Under the pieces are notes generated by a model that worked only from the letters and a program-made list of their open reading frames with translations, did no database searches and was not told the origin of the DNA. From Phoronis australis (taxonomy: Eukaryota; Animalia; Phoronida): DNA of 64,000 nucleotides. The DNA lies in assembly GCA_002633005.1 (NCBI GenBank), contig NMRA01000682.1:144148-208147 (forward strand), read 5' to 3'. Both the position numbers and the translations under genes were made by a program. This document shows positions 12,299 to 24,691 of this stretch, in pieces; the stretch's first letter is position 1, and each line of letters begins with the position of its first letter.

Positions 12299-12345
12299 AT
12301 GTGTGTGTGTGGGTGTGTGGGTTGTGTGTGTGTGTGTGTGTATGC

Positions 12346-12376
<31 letters not shown>

Positions 12377-12440
12377 AGCGCGCGTGTGTGTGCGGGCGTG
12401 TGTGCGTGCGTGAGTGTGCGCCTGCTTGTGCGTGTGTGTT
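12299..12440. repeat. (GT)n/(GC)n compound microsatellite
   Basis: Seen directly. Confidence 0.95.
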
Positions 12441-13749
12441 CTGTTTTTGTAAACTTATTTGATCGGGTGAACACTGGATAGACTGTGGAAGAACCATTGT
12501 CGATGTACATTTATTGGTGGATTGATCTAGTAATTCAATAATATGTCTTTCATGATAAAACTGTGTTCAGTTATAGAGCAAGGATGGATTCACATGTGCT
12601 CGATTCAGTTCACTGTTTGTAATTGTCAACGTTGAACGATGTATTTGATTTCGTGCATGAAATTAAACTTTTCCAGCAGTCTTTAAGTTTTAAGGTTTTA
12701 TGCAGCTCAGTCATAAAAATGCGTAACTTGTAGAAAGCACAGTCCACGGTGTTTCTCGGGGATAAAAAGTCAACGAAACCATTTCTTTTTCCCTCATGTT
12801 TAATCCAGGAAATAATTGAAAACCCAAATTGGGTAAAGATTTGATTTAGGCATTATTCTCTCTGAAATCACAAATTCACAAATACCTGGGCCTGAACAAG
12901 GAAGCCATTCCGTTAAATTGGCGAGTATTCCGGTCCGTGCAAGAATCTTATGAGTGAGTCTAGTGTGACCTAGTGCTTCGCTTTTTTACATTACGATATC
13001 TTGCGAAGTCTTGCGGGCTCTTTCATTTTTCGCGAGTTACTCGCGTCTACGAAATACAAGCCTGGGCACAGGCCATTTGCGTTGGCCTTTTTAGACGAAA
13101 CTACCTTGAAGAAGAATTGAATACCATTTCCCATTTACTGCATAATTGCCATCAAACCTTAATTCCATCCATTAGTTTCTGGAGCTTCGAAGGCCGCAGC
13201 TTTAGTCTTAATAACCCGTTATTTATGCTGGGGAGGTGAAACGTTTGTTTAAAAGTTTCCGTTCCATAACCGAAGATTTCTGTTCACAGTTGAGTAGCAA
13301 GCACCTTCAGGCAAAATGCATTTCTCTATTTTTATACTAAAATGTTATAAATACTTAATAATTGTTCTTGACCTAGTTCGAGTTTAAAGAGAACGAAAAT
13401 GTGTTAGTGCATAAAATGGCCCAAAAGTTGAATCTCTACCGTGCCTGTCAAGAGTGGAAATGGCCACTTGTTCTACATGCAGCTTGATGGGGGGTGATTC
13501 CAGTTCTTGCCCTGCCGCCATGATTTTCGCACTTCTGTCTCTTCCTCTCCGTCAAGTACGCGTTGAGGTTGCTGATATCAGACAATTACATTTACTTGCC
13601 GATCGTGTCCCTGATGATACTAATTTTTTTCGAAATTTGCCCAAACAGTTTATGTGGAAATCATTTGGCCCCACCGAAATACAATTGCCATACTCGCCAT
13701 ACTCGCGCCGGTGAACCCCACGCATGCATTGGAAATGTACCATTAAAGC

Positions 13750-14280
13750 ATAGAACTCTAGTCCTGGAATGCTAACACCCGCAGGTGACATACGTATTCT
13801 TATTGGAGCCTGCAACCTTGAGACTAGACGCGAGAATTTGCACTGTGAATTTCCGCGTGTCTGCTCAACTGAACTATGATTGCTTATTGCACGTAAAGTT
13901 ATTCATGTAATCAAGTCATAACTAATTTCATTCCGTAATTTTAATTTTGTTGCTTTTGTTCATCAAGCGAGACTCTTGAGGTACATTTAAAGACAATCGG
14001 CCATTTCTCGGCAAAATTAGGCGACGAACCCGACAATAGAACTCTAACCCTGGAATGCAAACTCTCCCACGTGACCAATGTAATAATTCTATTCTTAGAG
14101 CTTGTGACACCGAGACTAGCCGTGAGAGTTTGAACTGTAAATTTCTAGTTGTCTGCTCATCTGAGATTTGATCGAGTGTTGTAGCTGTTAAGTCAAGCCT
14201 AATTTCATACCTTCGTTTTCATTTTGACACTTTTGTTCATCAAGCGAGACTCTTGAAGTTTGGTTCTCGACTGCCAGTTA
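13750..14280 (+). repeat. two diverged tandem copies of a ~285-bp unit, with a third copy at about 11720-11960
   Basis: Recurring tagaactcta..cctggaatgc...gagactag...gtctgctca...caagcgagactctt blocks. Confidence 0.7.
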
Positions 14281-14559
14281 TTTCCCCGCAAAAAGTTCTT
14301 ATTTAGTTAGATTACATGTTTTTAAATTATTTCATACGGCCTAAATACTCAAAAACTCCAAATATATATTGTTGAGACGCTTTAATGAGTAGTTTCACTT
14401 TCAGTTTGTTGACTGATCATACCATTATATGGAGTTTGGTCAACTCATCTGCAATCCCTTGTCTGTTACATGCATTTGTTCATTGTACGTCTGATTTTAA
14501 GTCAGGCTAATGGAGCTGAAGGTTTATGTAAGGACACGCCCATAAATCGTTGTCCCATT

Positions 14560-14720
14560 ATTATCCAGACTCTCATTCACTTGTTTGCATTCATTCACTA
14601 GCAAGACCGAGCTTAGAGGACTAGCAGACATCTTTGTGCAATGCTCGATTCCAGCCAGGTTTCGAACCCGTGCCTTCCCAATGGGAGTTCGGAATTCAAC
14701 CACTGAGCCATATTGTCTCC
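14560..14720 (-). mobile_element. tRNA-derived SINE
   Basis: A box TGGCTCAGTGG and B box GGTTCGAAACC at tRNA-like spacing, followed by a non-tRNA body. Confidence 0.65.
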
Positions 14721-15259
14721 TCGAGCTGAAAGTCACTCTTATTTGACTTTGATAATTGTCCGTCCTCTCTAACACTGCAAACGAGTTGCATGTTAATGTT
14801 CTGAGTAATACTCCCAAATTACGAAATATTACGAAATAAAGTGTTGTGAAGTTACTGGCCTGATTCACAAAAGAACATCTTGGAACATTAATTAACCTTA
14901 ATTAAATTTATCGATATCTTAACTAGATTCACTACTTAGGCAATACTGGTTGAATCCGTGATTTTGACTTTCAGTTACAACTACTGTACGTGGGTACAAC
15001 AATTATTAGGGAAAAACGATGAGCCTCATAAATAGTCGTCCATGAATGTCATCTTGTTCAAACACGCTCTTCCCTGGTGAGTCCCAAACTCGCTCGTCTA
15101 AAACACATTTAATAATGTATACATTCCTGCGCCAATCGATGCTTTTCATGGACAGAGACTTTTTTGACACTGGAAACCACTGTTTGAAAATGTCGAATAC
15201 TGATCAATGTCTGCATACCACGATTGTGAAATTAGATCTGTCATCGTGATGGGAAATGA

Positions 15260-15341
15260 TTAAGGGTAAAAAAATGAAAGTAAGATAGTCATCAAATGTC
15301 TTAAGGGTAAAAAAATGAAAGTAAGATAGTCATCAAATGTC
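15260..15341. repeat. 41-bp perfect tandem duplication
   Basis: ttaagggtaaaaaaatgaaagtaagatagtcatcaaatgtc x2. Confidence 0.9.
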
Positions 15342-16899
15342 TTCTGATGTAGTTTTTGGAAATATCTAATTTCACTATAACTTTGCCAATAGAAAAGGGC
15401 GTTAACGTGGTTTCTGAGCGGGATACGATACACATCATTACGGACACGATGTAAAGTACAATTGAGTTGCACTCTCGAGTGCACACAGCGTCGTCACAAA
15501 CCTTGGCACATGTCCAAAAGTAGTGTAAAATACTGATTATCTAAAAATGAATTAATGGACTAGTGCGCAATTTCCATTGGTTATCAGTTCAAGATATTTT
15601 GATATTTTAGACATTGAATCAAATAGCTTTTTATGCTGGGCGAAATAATACACTTGTGCCCCGACTCAGCATATCTCAGTGGTCTATACAAAATGGATTC
15701 GAAATACGTTTCAACGTCTATACATGTACATGTATGTAAAGCTGCGTTTTGCCATTTTTAGCTCGGTAAAACCTACATGAAATTGCTCTCTCAACGTCAG
15801 TTACCATGATAGGATTCCGCTTCTTCCAAGTCTTAAATTGTTTACTCGAGGCATTTTTTGTAATTTGGACTTTTAGGTTTGGCCAACCCCGTTAAACTAT
15901 GAAGCATTTCTTTTGTCGCTGATGCTTAGGTTTGGGTTATGAAATCGTCTCTTTTATATTTGATATTAGTTTATTAAATAATACTGTATGATCTATTTTA
16001 GGTAACGTAAGAAGAACTACTTGTTTGTATGTCATGGAAATTAGTGGCAGGTTTCTGAGGTTACAATTGACCAAATACACTGCAAATAAGCTTGAACTCT
16101 TCGAGGGTCAGCATGGATCTTTAAGTTTGACTAAATTTGTTCTTGTTGGTAACAGAAATTGAATTCTAAAACGATAAGGAGTACCATGAGACTGATTGAG
16201 AGTAAAGGCATAGTTCATTTTTGTTGTTTTGTGGCCAGCGATTTAGGGCGAAATTGGATCTTAGGCGTTCATAAGCACGCTTGTCCGATCATGTACCGCA
16301 GTGTGATGAACGGCACAGGGTAAGGTTAGCACACCGTTTGAGGATTGCGTGTTGTCTATTTTGGCGCAGAACAGGGTTGCGTTCAAAGAAACGCATGAAC
16401 ACGCAAGTTTGTAAGATGGCAATTCACGTTTTCATACCTATGTTTTTTGTGAGTCTACGGAACATAGCCTATGATGTCATAGGCCAACATGTATATACTC
16501 AATCATGGAACCTGTTTCAAGAAAACTGATTTACCTCAGACTATTCACCTCAGACAAGTGTAAGATTAATCTAAGATTGCTTTAATATGAGACCGTTCGA
16601 AGAAAGTGACAATCATGAAGATTGTTTGTATCGCCTGAGTCCACCGCACGATTCCACGGGATTTGAAAATATCCATATTTCAAGGTCAAATTAAACCGCT
16701 TCATCTGGAGACGACAAAATGAATGCAAATTTCTCAGAATGTGTGTTATGATAAAACTTAACGCAGGGTAAGGTATCATTGTTTGACGCCGCAACGAAGT
16801 ATTCTATGTGACCTACGGCTTCAGTGATTTTAGAATGAGATGTCCACTTTAACAAATAAATTGAAGACAAGCCGACAGCAAGGGTGAGACTGGAATTTT

Positions 16900-17285
16900 A
16901 ACACGTCTTAATAGTGGAGTTCTCGTAGTGGCGCTATCTAGAGTAAGGAGAGCGCGAAAACGACTTGATACCAACTCGGGTTCGGTGCAGAAATTCAATG
17001 AATACGTATTGGATCCTTAATCCAAGAACAGAATAACAAAACCCACTGAAAGTCACATGTTTGATTATATTACAGGTTCGCTATTTTATTTTAGCTTTTG
17101 ACAACGGCTGAGATCGAAAATTTCCCGCTTTGTCGGTCGCACTTCTGACTTCGCTGTGCGAGGAATTTTCTTCACAGTGGCAAATGTATAGAACATGATA
17201 GTCTTCATACGTCGATATTTTAAGAGGTGTGTTGGCTTTTTCTGTAAAAGATTAATGCGCCCCACTGCACAGCAATGGATATTTG
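16900..17285 (-). mobile_element. THAP-domain DNA transposon remnant (second family)
   Basis: Homologous to 27720-27900; minus strand reads HCCAVG...KYRRMKTIMFYTF. Confidence 0.5.
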
Positions 17286-17634
17286 ATAGCAGCCCCGTAG
17301 CCAGGTAGGGGGTTCGAAGGGTTCGTTCGACCCCCCCACACGGAAAAGGTCCATCCCCAGCCTATTCGTTAAAGATAGGATACAGATGGAAAACAACAAA
17401 ATTGTTGCAGATACTAGTACTACTAACTACAACGATAACTGAGTTAGTATTAATTTTGAATTTACCTCTGATTCAAAGCACTTAACGTAATCATCAGGCC
17501 GTACCCGGCCAACTTCGCCCGAGTGGTATTTGCGTAAATGACAGGATCGTGCAGACGGTTAGAGGAGGCTTTATGTTATTCATCGGCATGGAACACACAT
17601 GCCGGCCCGTAGGAGGGCAAAAATTATGGGGGGG

Positions 17635-17987
17635 NNNNNNNNNNNNNNNNNNNNNNNNNNNNNNNNNNNNNNNNNNNNNNNNNNNNNNNNNNNNNNNNNN
17701 NNNNNNNNNNNNNNNNNNNNNNNNNNNNNNNNNNNNNNNNNNNNNNNNNNNNNNNNNNNNNNNNNNNNNNNNNNNNNNNNNNNNNNNNNNNNNNNNNNNN
17801 NNNNNNNNNNNNNNNNNNNNNNNNNNNNNNNNNNNNNNNNNNNNNNNNNNNNNNNNNNNNNNNNNNNNNNNNNNNNNNNNNNNNNNNNNNNNNNNNNNNN
17901 NNNNNNNNNNNNNNNNNNNNNNNNNNNNNNNNNNNNNNNNNNNNNNNNNNNNNNNNNNNNNNNNNNNNNNNNNNNNNNNNNNNNNNN
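17635..17987. other. assembly gap
   Basis: Run of N. Confidence 1.
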
Positions 17988-17989
17988 CA

Positions 17990-18118
17990 AGTGTCCATGG
18001 CCCTCTAAAATTTTCGGGGATTCCGTTTGGCAGTTCGGGGGTGGGAATTTCTTACGGGTAAAACCCTGGCTAATACTCTGCCCTTCCCCCCACTCAAAAT
18101 CCTGAATGAGCCCCCGGG
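17990..18118 (+). mobile_element. GC-rich MITE, possibly hAT-type
   Basis: Shares cctggctaatactctgccc...actcaaaatcctg with 48126-48272 and 52480-52633. Confidence 0.65.
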
Positions 18119-21039
18119 TCAATCCCAGGAATGAAGCCATCAAGAATTGAGTAACCGTGAACCAACACAGAGAGCAAGAATGAGCCTAGGAAGAGTAAGT
18201 ACGATGTACACTGACCGGTAGCGAGGAGCTGCGTCAAGTAGCTACATGTGCATGTATAGCTGAGATCTAACTGTGTGAAAATACGAAATTCTCGATTATC
18301 TAAAGCTAGTTGCTGGTCAGCTCAACTGTGATTCACTTGAGACATGCAGCTCGTACCGGCCGTTCTAAAGCCAGGATTCGTTTTATTGTGATCCAGTTTC
18401 GAGAAAACTTTATATCATCATGGTCATTATTTGAAGGAGTTTTTTGAAAAGATGCGGTCCCGAACTCCCTTGGGGCTGTTTCGAAGTGCTTAGTTGAAAA
18501 ATAACCTGTAGTCCAGTTTATGGTGACTGAGGAAAAGGATAACGTGTCCCAAAAATGTACACACTTCCTGAACGCCTGAAATCCAAATTCAGTTCCCGTG
18601 GATCAGAGAGAGTTTGCGAGGGCCTACTGCATGGTTACATCATGTTTTAACGTGGGTACGTCAGTCATGACGTGCAAGCATTCAATTCAGTTTTAAAGAA
18701 CTAACATCCTTGCTCAATGCTACTGCAAGCTAAAAACACCAAGGAAGTATAAACACAACATTTCCAAGCAACAAGTTTAATTTTATTTATTTAATGACCT
18801 TGAAAACGTGTTTTCTTTCTGCGGTTTGCAAGTCTGAATTTCATCAATGTTTTTGAGATTGATTTTAGATATGCAAAAATCGTCGGTGATCGGATTATTG
18901 AGTTTTTCCAACTTCAGGCTGCAATTAAATTCACTGAAACATCATCAATTCTTACAATATTAGCTTCTAGTTGTCAAAAACCATCTGTGAATCTATCTAT
19001 TTTCGTAGAACCATAAACAAGTAAATAAATCAAAAGCCAACGAATGTGTTTATCAAAACGGAATGTTATAAGCAACTTCCGCATACAAGCTTGCAGACCT
19101 TGACGTGTAACCGGGGGAAGATGGGAGATGGGGCTTGCTTTCAAGGTGTATTTTGTTCTTTTCAGAGGTACCTATAACTGTTCACGAGGCTAACCTAAAC
19201 TCCACTGATAGAAAAATAAAACGCTGAAATGTTTGTTTATGATTGCAAGTGTTCTTTGAGTATCCCCTTTTGACATGTACACGGTCATCACAAATAGTAA
19301 CCTAGACAGCACTGTTTTCCACGTGTGGGAATTCCTTACAAACAACTCATGGTAACAGTCTTCAAAAGAGATCTTGTGATACTACGGGAATCAGTAACAT
19401 TATTTTATAACTAACCATCCTTTTGTATAATACAAAAATAGTGATATTCACGTTCTTCAAAATTCCAACCTTTCGATGGCGGCAATCCTACTGTATTTTT
19501 CACATTTTTGTTGTTTGGGTCGAATGACTGTGCTGAGCTGTGCACGATTGTTTTGTGCTTTTGAGGGATATGGAATTTCAACTACATGTATCATCGTGAC
19601 TACTTGACGGTGTCAGATTTACATGTCTAGAGGGACAAAGAGAAATTTCCCACGAACTGCTCCCCGAGAGACGGTATCGTCTGAAATTAGACATCTTGAG
19701 ATGAAAGACTAAACCTGAAGCTTGGAAAAAGAGTGACAGTGCATTCCACTGGCGTGTGGTCCCAAAACTATGCCCCCGAGCCCCCCCCCGCTTCTTAAAG
19801 CCCTGACATGATAGGGTAAGAAGAGAGTCTAGAAGTAAATGTCTGTACCTAGCCAAGTTATAGAGCAGCTAGAGAACACTCAAAATGTAATGTGGTGTGA
19901 ATGCCTTAAAATCGACCAAGAAACAAAACAGCAGAAAGTAGGTTTCTTTTCTGGTATTGATTGCTAGCATAGTACGTTAAAGGGCAGGCGTTTTTCAAAT
20001 TTAGAAATGAAAGTCTTCGTCCAATACAGGTTGGCCTATGTCAGAATAAATATTGATTGTGTTTTTCATGCAGTGTCCACTTCGATTGTGGATCGGTGAA
20101 TGTTTGCTTTTCCGTACTTTTAAATGCAGTAGAGGCAGACGGTAAGTTCACTAAAGACAGTCTTGCGTCGCTGGTCAAAAACCAGACATTCAACTGAGGA
20201 CTTTAATGAAATCTCCAAAGTGTCGACGTCTGCAAAATATCAAGGGTCCACCTTTCAAGAAATTCCAACCATCCTTGGGCAACGCTAACTACGAGCCTGG
20301 GTAGCAAATAGGCAATAGAACACCGTTTATACCTGCCAGTAGGTTGAAACTCCCCTCGGCATAAGATGAGCTCTGTAGGTATTGCTGAACGCACTGGTGG
20401 GCGTCTGGCGGGATAGTGCATTTCATTATGGCACGGCTACTTCGAAAGTCCTCTATTAAAATGAATTAGTGGAATTCAAAATCGTCTTGTGATTTAACAG
20501 ATCATCTAGAGTATGTGCCAAGAATGATTTTTAATAGCCAGAACCCAATATATCCAATTCAACTCCTCGCGATCATTTTGGCTCATTCTACTGGAATGCT
20601 GACCAGTACGTCATCAACCAAATGTGCGCATGTTGACAATTCTTCTAACGGGTGAGGAGAAACAACCCATTTGTCACGTGGTACATTGAAATTTTGGTGA
20701 TAAATTTACCCAACAGTTCACATGCATAAAACAGTAGATAGTAGTCATTTATGACAATGGCCTTAAACTTTGTTTACCAGGCGGCACTTGACATAAATAA
20801 GAACGCAATCGTTATTTCCACAGCCTGGGATCTTGTTTTTTATCACCCGAGATCGAATTTGAAACATTTTTGTTATGTTCTATTCCATTTTTGTGGGACT
20901 TCAAAATAAGTATTTTATATTATGCTATGCTCCAGTACATAATAGCTTACATTGTGGACAACTGTCTAATTATACATGTACAAGTACTGTGTACTAATGA
21001 CCCAATCATTACGGCTAAAAGTTCGAGTGTGAACCACAC

Positions 21040-21760
21040 GTGGTAGAAAAAGTATTGTACCTTTGTGGACTTCAGTATGGCGGCTGACAGTCTGAGAATT
21101 ACACGTGTGTTTTATTGTTTGTTTAAGTATAATCTCCACAGGAAAATGTTCAATCTCCAAAAGAATATTTATGCTGAAGTGAAATCTTGGGTGAGAATAC
21201 AGAATCAAGTGACACCCTACTTTGAACGTAAGAGAGGAGTGAAACAAGACTGCAAACTGACCCCTTTTTTATTCTCTGTTTTTGTAAGCGGGCTGGTTCA
21301 GAGGTTAAAGGAAATGGAGGTCGAGGCATCAAGTTTGATGATAGTGAGTCTGTAACTTTTTGCGGGTTATTCAGTGCTTATGGCGGACACAGTGCCTGGA
21401 TTTCAGAAAAATTAAATGTGTTGCATAATTAGTGTTTGGACTGGAGTCCTTGTGTTATTCTTGAGAAGACAAATGTTGTCGTGGAACTCTATGAGCACAG
21501 GAAAATGGTTTTACAATAAAAGTTGTTTGAAACGAAATCTCATTTCAAGTATCTCAGTGTGTAATTTTCTTGCAGATTAAACATGAAAGAAAATTGCAGA
21601 ATAGTAACTCTGCAAGCTAAAAAAACAGTGAACATGTTAAAAGTATATTTAACTAGTAAAATGAAGTGTAGTTCAAGACATCATTTGATAGTATGGTAGT
21701 TTCTATATTGGAGTACGGTGCCAAGATACAGAAAGTGTTCACAAGCGTATTTTTATAAAG
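21040..21760 (+). mobile_element. non-LTR retrotransposon reverse transcriptase fragment, decayed
   Basis: RGVKQDCKLTPFLFSVFVS (QG..LSP.LF motif), then an eroded FADD-type motif and FKYLSV (YLG-like). Confidence 0.7.
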
Positions 21761-22017
21761 AACATGCACACGTCATTTACACCGGAATCGACTACAGTCC
21801 CACGTTTTATCATCAGATTGTTAGACAAAAAGTCCTTCTACATGGGTCCATATTTTAATAAAATGTTCATAATTCAGGCTGGTATAGTAAATTACCTTTT
21901 CTATGTTATGATATTCAAACATTTCATTTTTCAGCCATTATAAGCAGGGAGGTCTGGAATTTAACCTAGCTCTATATGTATATAACTGACGTTTTACTAA
22001 GCAGATAAGGAGATTAA

Positions 22018-22222
22018 GTACTAGTCCACGAGAGCACCAGCCATGAGCGGCAAGGTGGGGGTCAGCCGATTTTCACCAAATTTGGCACATAGGTAGTCCT
22101 ATGGGATCTATAAACAGCGGTAAAATATTTCCTCAAAATATTGCGTTTTTCTAAAGTTATAGGCTCAAACACATTTTACGGCTTCGCAGCCATGTTTTCA
22201 CGGTATAAAAACTGTCCAGTTT
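22018..22222 (+). mobile_element. terminus of a TTAA-flanked DNA transposon or MITE
   Basis: TTAA|GTACTAGTCCACGAGAGCACCA...; about 200 bp match the reverse complement of 51430-51646. Confidence 0.65.
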
Positions 22223-22681
22223 NNNNNNNNNNNNNNNNNNNNNNNNNNNNNNNNNNNNNNNNNNNNNNNNNNNNNNNNNNNNNNNNNNNNNNNNNNNNNN
22301 NNNNNNNNNNNNNNNNNNNNNNNNNNNNNNNNNNNNNNNNNNNNNNNNNNNNNNNNNNNNNNNNNNNNNNNNNNNNNNNNNNNNNNNNNNNNNNNNNNNN
22401 NNNNNNNNNNNNNNNNNNNNNNNNNNNNNNNNNNNNNNNNNNNNNNNNNNNNNNNNNNNNNNNNNNNNNNNNNNNNNNNNNNNNNNNNNNNNNNNNNNNN
22501 NNNNNNNNNNNNNNNNNNNNNNNNNNNNNNNNNNNNNNNNNNNNNNNNNNNNNNNNNNNNNNNNNNNNNNNNNNNNNNNNNNNNNNNNNNNNNNNNNNNN
22601 NNNNNNNNNNNNNNNNNNNNNNNNNNNNNNNNNNNNNNNNNNNNNNNNNNNNNNNNNNNNNNNNNNNNNNNNNNNNNNNNN
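22223..22681. other. assembly gap
   Basis: Run of N. Confidence 1.
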
Positions 22682-23143
22682 CCGGGGTCTTCTCCACAGA
22701 ATGCAAAGAGTGGTGAGTTAACCATACCTATGTTATATAGAAATTTACTAAGAATTCTGTAAGTAAGTCTAATTTAGAATCATTTGATCAGGACCACAAT
22801 GTTTAAGTTTGAAAGGACTGTTGTCAACACTTGAAGAATACTAAATAGACCACGCTATAGAGATTCAAAGTTGTGACAATGGATGCAAAACAAATGTAAT
22901 AAGGGCTGGTGAGAATGGGAGAAAAATTATCAAGTCTGTTCAGCAAATAATTAAACAAGAAATGCTGGAAATCAACACTGAGTTAGCAAAGATAAAAAAA
23001 GAAAATAAAGTACTCAAGGAAGAGATTAGTAAACTAAATCAAAACTCACGGAGAAACAGCATAAGAACACATGGAGTGAAACAAGACACAAAGAATAGTT
23101 TGGAAGTAGCAACAGACTTTGTAGAGAAAGCATTGAACATCAA

Positions 23144-23315
23144 GATTGACCCATCGCTGACTGATAGAGCCCACCGGTCACTACATATTGGACGATCTAA
23201 CTTCATACAGCTACCAAATTCTTAATACGGATTGACCCATCGCTGACTGATAGAGCTCACCGGTCACTACATATTGGACGACCTAACTCCATACAGCTAC
23301 CAAATCCTTAATACG
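23144..23315. repeat. ~86-bp tandem duplication inside LINE ORF1
   Basis: gattgacccatcgctgactgatagagc...cttaatacg occurs twice. Confidence 0.9.
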
Positions 23316-24453
23316 GCTTGTAATGACAAAAGAGTTCTATCCAGTTGGTCCAGTGGTGCAACGAAAGTTATATTGCGTGACGTCAGAATTACACATATGG
23401 TTGACGACTTTTGAACTTCTATACAATTGAAGAACGAAGACGGACATGAACTTCACCGGCATTTTACGTTTTGTGCTGTAGTTACATTGTATGGAAGTGT
23501 GAGTCCAGGTGTCAATTACTGGTACAGTGTATACATGAATTGTTATAATTAGTTTTGGAAATGTCATAGTGCTTTACTTCAGCTTGTACTATCAAGTACA
23601 AGATAGATAAGGGTTTTTTGTTAGATAGTGGTTAAATTAAACAGTATTACCTTAAGTTACAGGGGGTTGAACAATGAAACAAAGAGACATCAAGTATTTG
23701 ACTTTTTAAAAACGAAAAGATTGACGTAGCCTTCTTACAGGAAACCTATAGTTCGTAAGTGTCTTTATCTAAATGGTGTTTAGAATGGGATGGTTGCATT
23801 TTTGCTTCTCATGGTTCCCAACATAGTAGGGGAGTTGCTATCCTCTGCTCCAGAGCCACAGATTTTACATACATTGGCCAAGATCCAGCTGGTAAATATG
23901 TGTATTTGGAGGCCATTGTACACAATATCACAATTATTTTCTTAAATATTTACTGTCCGAACGAAAATGTTGCTGAATTATCTTTTCTAGATCAAATAGA
24001 TTCAGTTTTATCCAAATATGGAAAAAGTAAAAATATCTTCTGTGCAGAGGATTATAACTGTCCCTTATAAACAAACAGAGTCTGAGGGGCACAAGCTCCA
24101 AGCAAGTTGTTATAGCCCGTATAAGTAGTCTACATGTATCTAAAAAGTATACTGTTTTTGACGTTCGGAGGTATCAACATCCTGGGAAGAAACAATTTAC
24201 ATGACGTGATAAGTATTTTAATTCCTTAAGTAGAATTGGTTACTGGCTTTGTTGTTCCAAGTTTTTAAGGACCACATTAAAATTGGTATTCTTAACTATT
24301 TTATATATTTTAACCATGCTGCTGTTAAAATTGCAATTACCTTAAATGATATTTGTGCCAGAGGTCCTGTTTTTTGGAAACTTGATATCAGCTTTTTAGA
24401 AAATGATGTCTATGTATAGAATTTGAAAGAAGTTATTACAAAACTGGTGGAGG

Positions 24454-24691
24454 AATATGTAGACTAACCAATATGTAGACTTAACCAATATGTAGACTAA
24501 CCAATATGTAGACTTAACCAATATGTAGACTTAACCAATATGTAGACTTAACCAATATGTAGACTTAACCAATATGTAGACTAACCAATATGTAGACTTA
24601 ACCAATAAGTAGACTAACCAATATGTAGACTTAACCAATTTGTACACTTGACCAATATGTAGACTTAACCAATATGTAGACTTAACCAATA
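24454..24691. repeat. 17/18-bp minisatellite inside LINE ORF2, about 13 copies
   Basis: (aatatgtagact[t]aacc)n. Confidence 0.95.

Noticed and set aside
12246-12510. His/Thr- and Cys/Val-rich ORFs (also the Ile/Tyr ORFs at 63261-63599)
   Set aside because: Translations of dinucleotide microsatellites.
17549-18143. long ORFs spanning N runs (also 22141-22725)
   Set aside because: Artefacts of assembly gaps.
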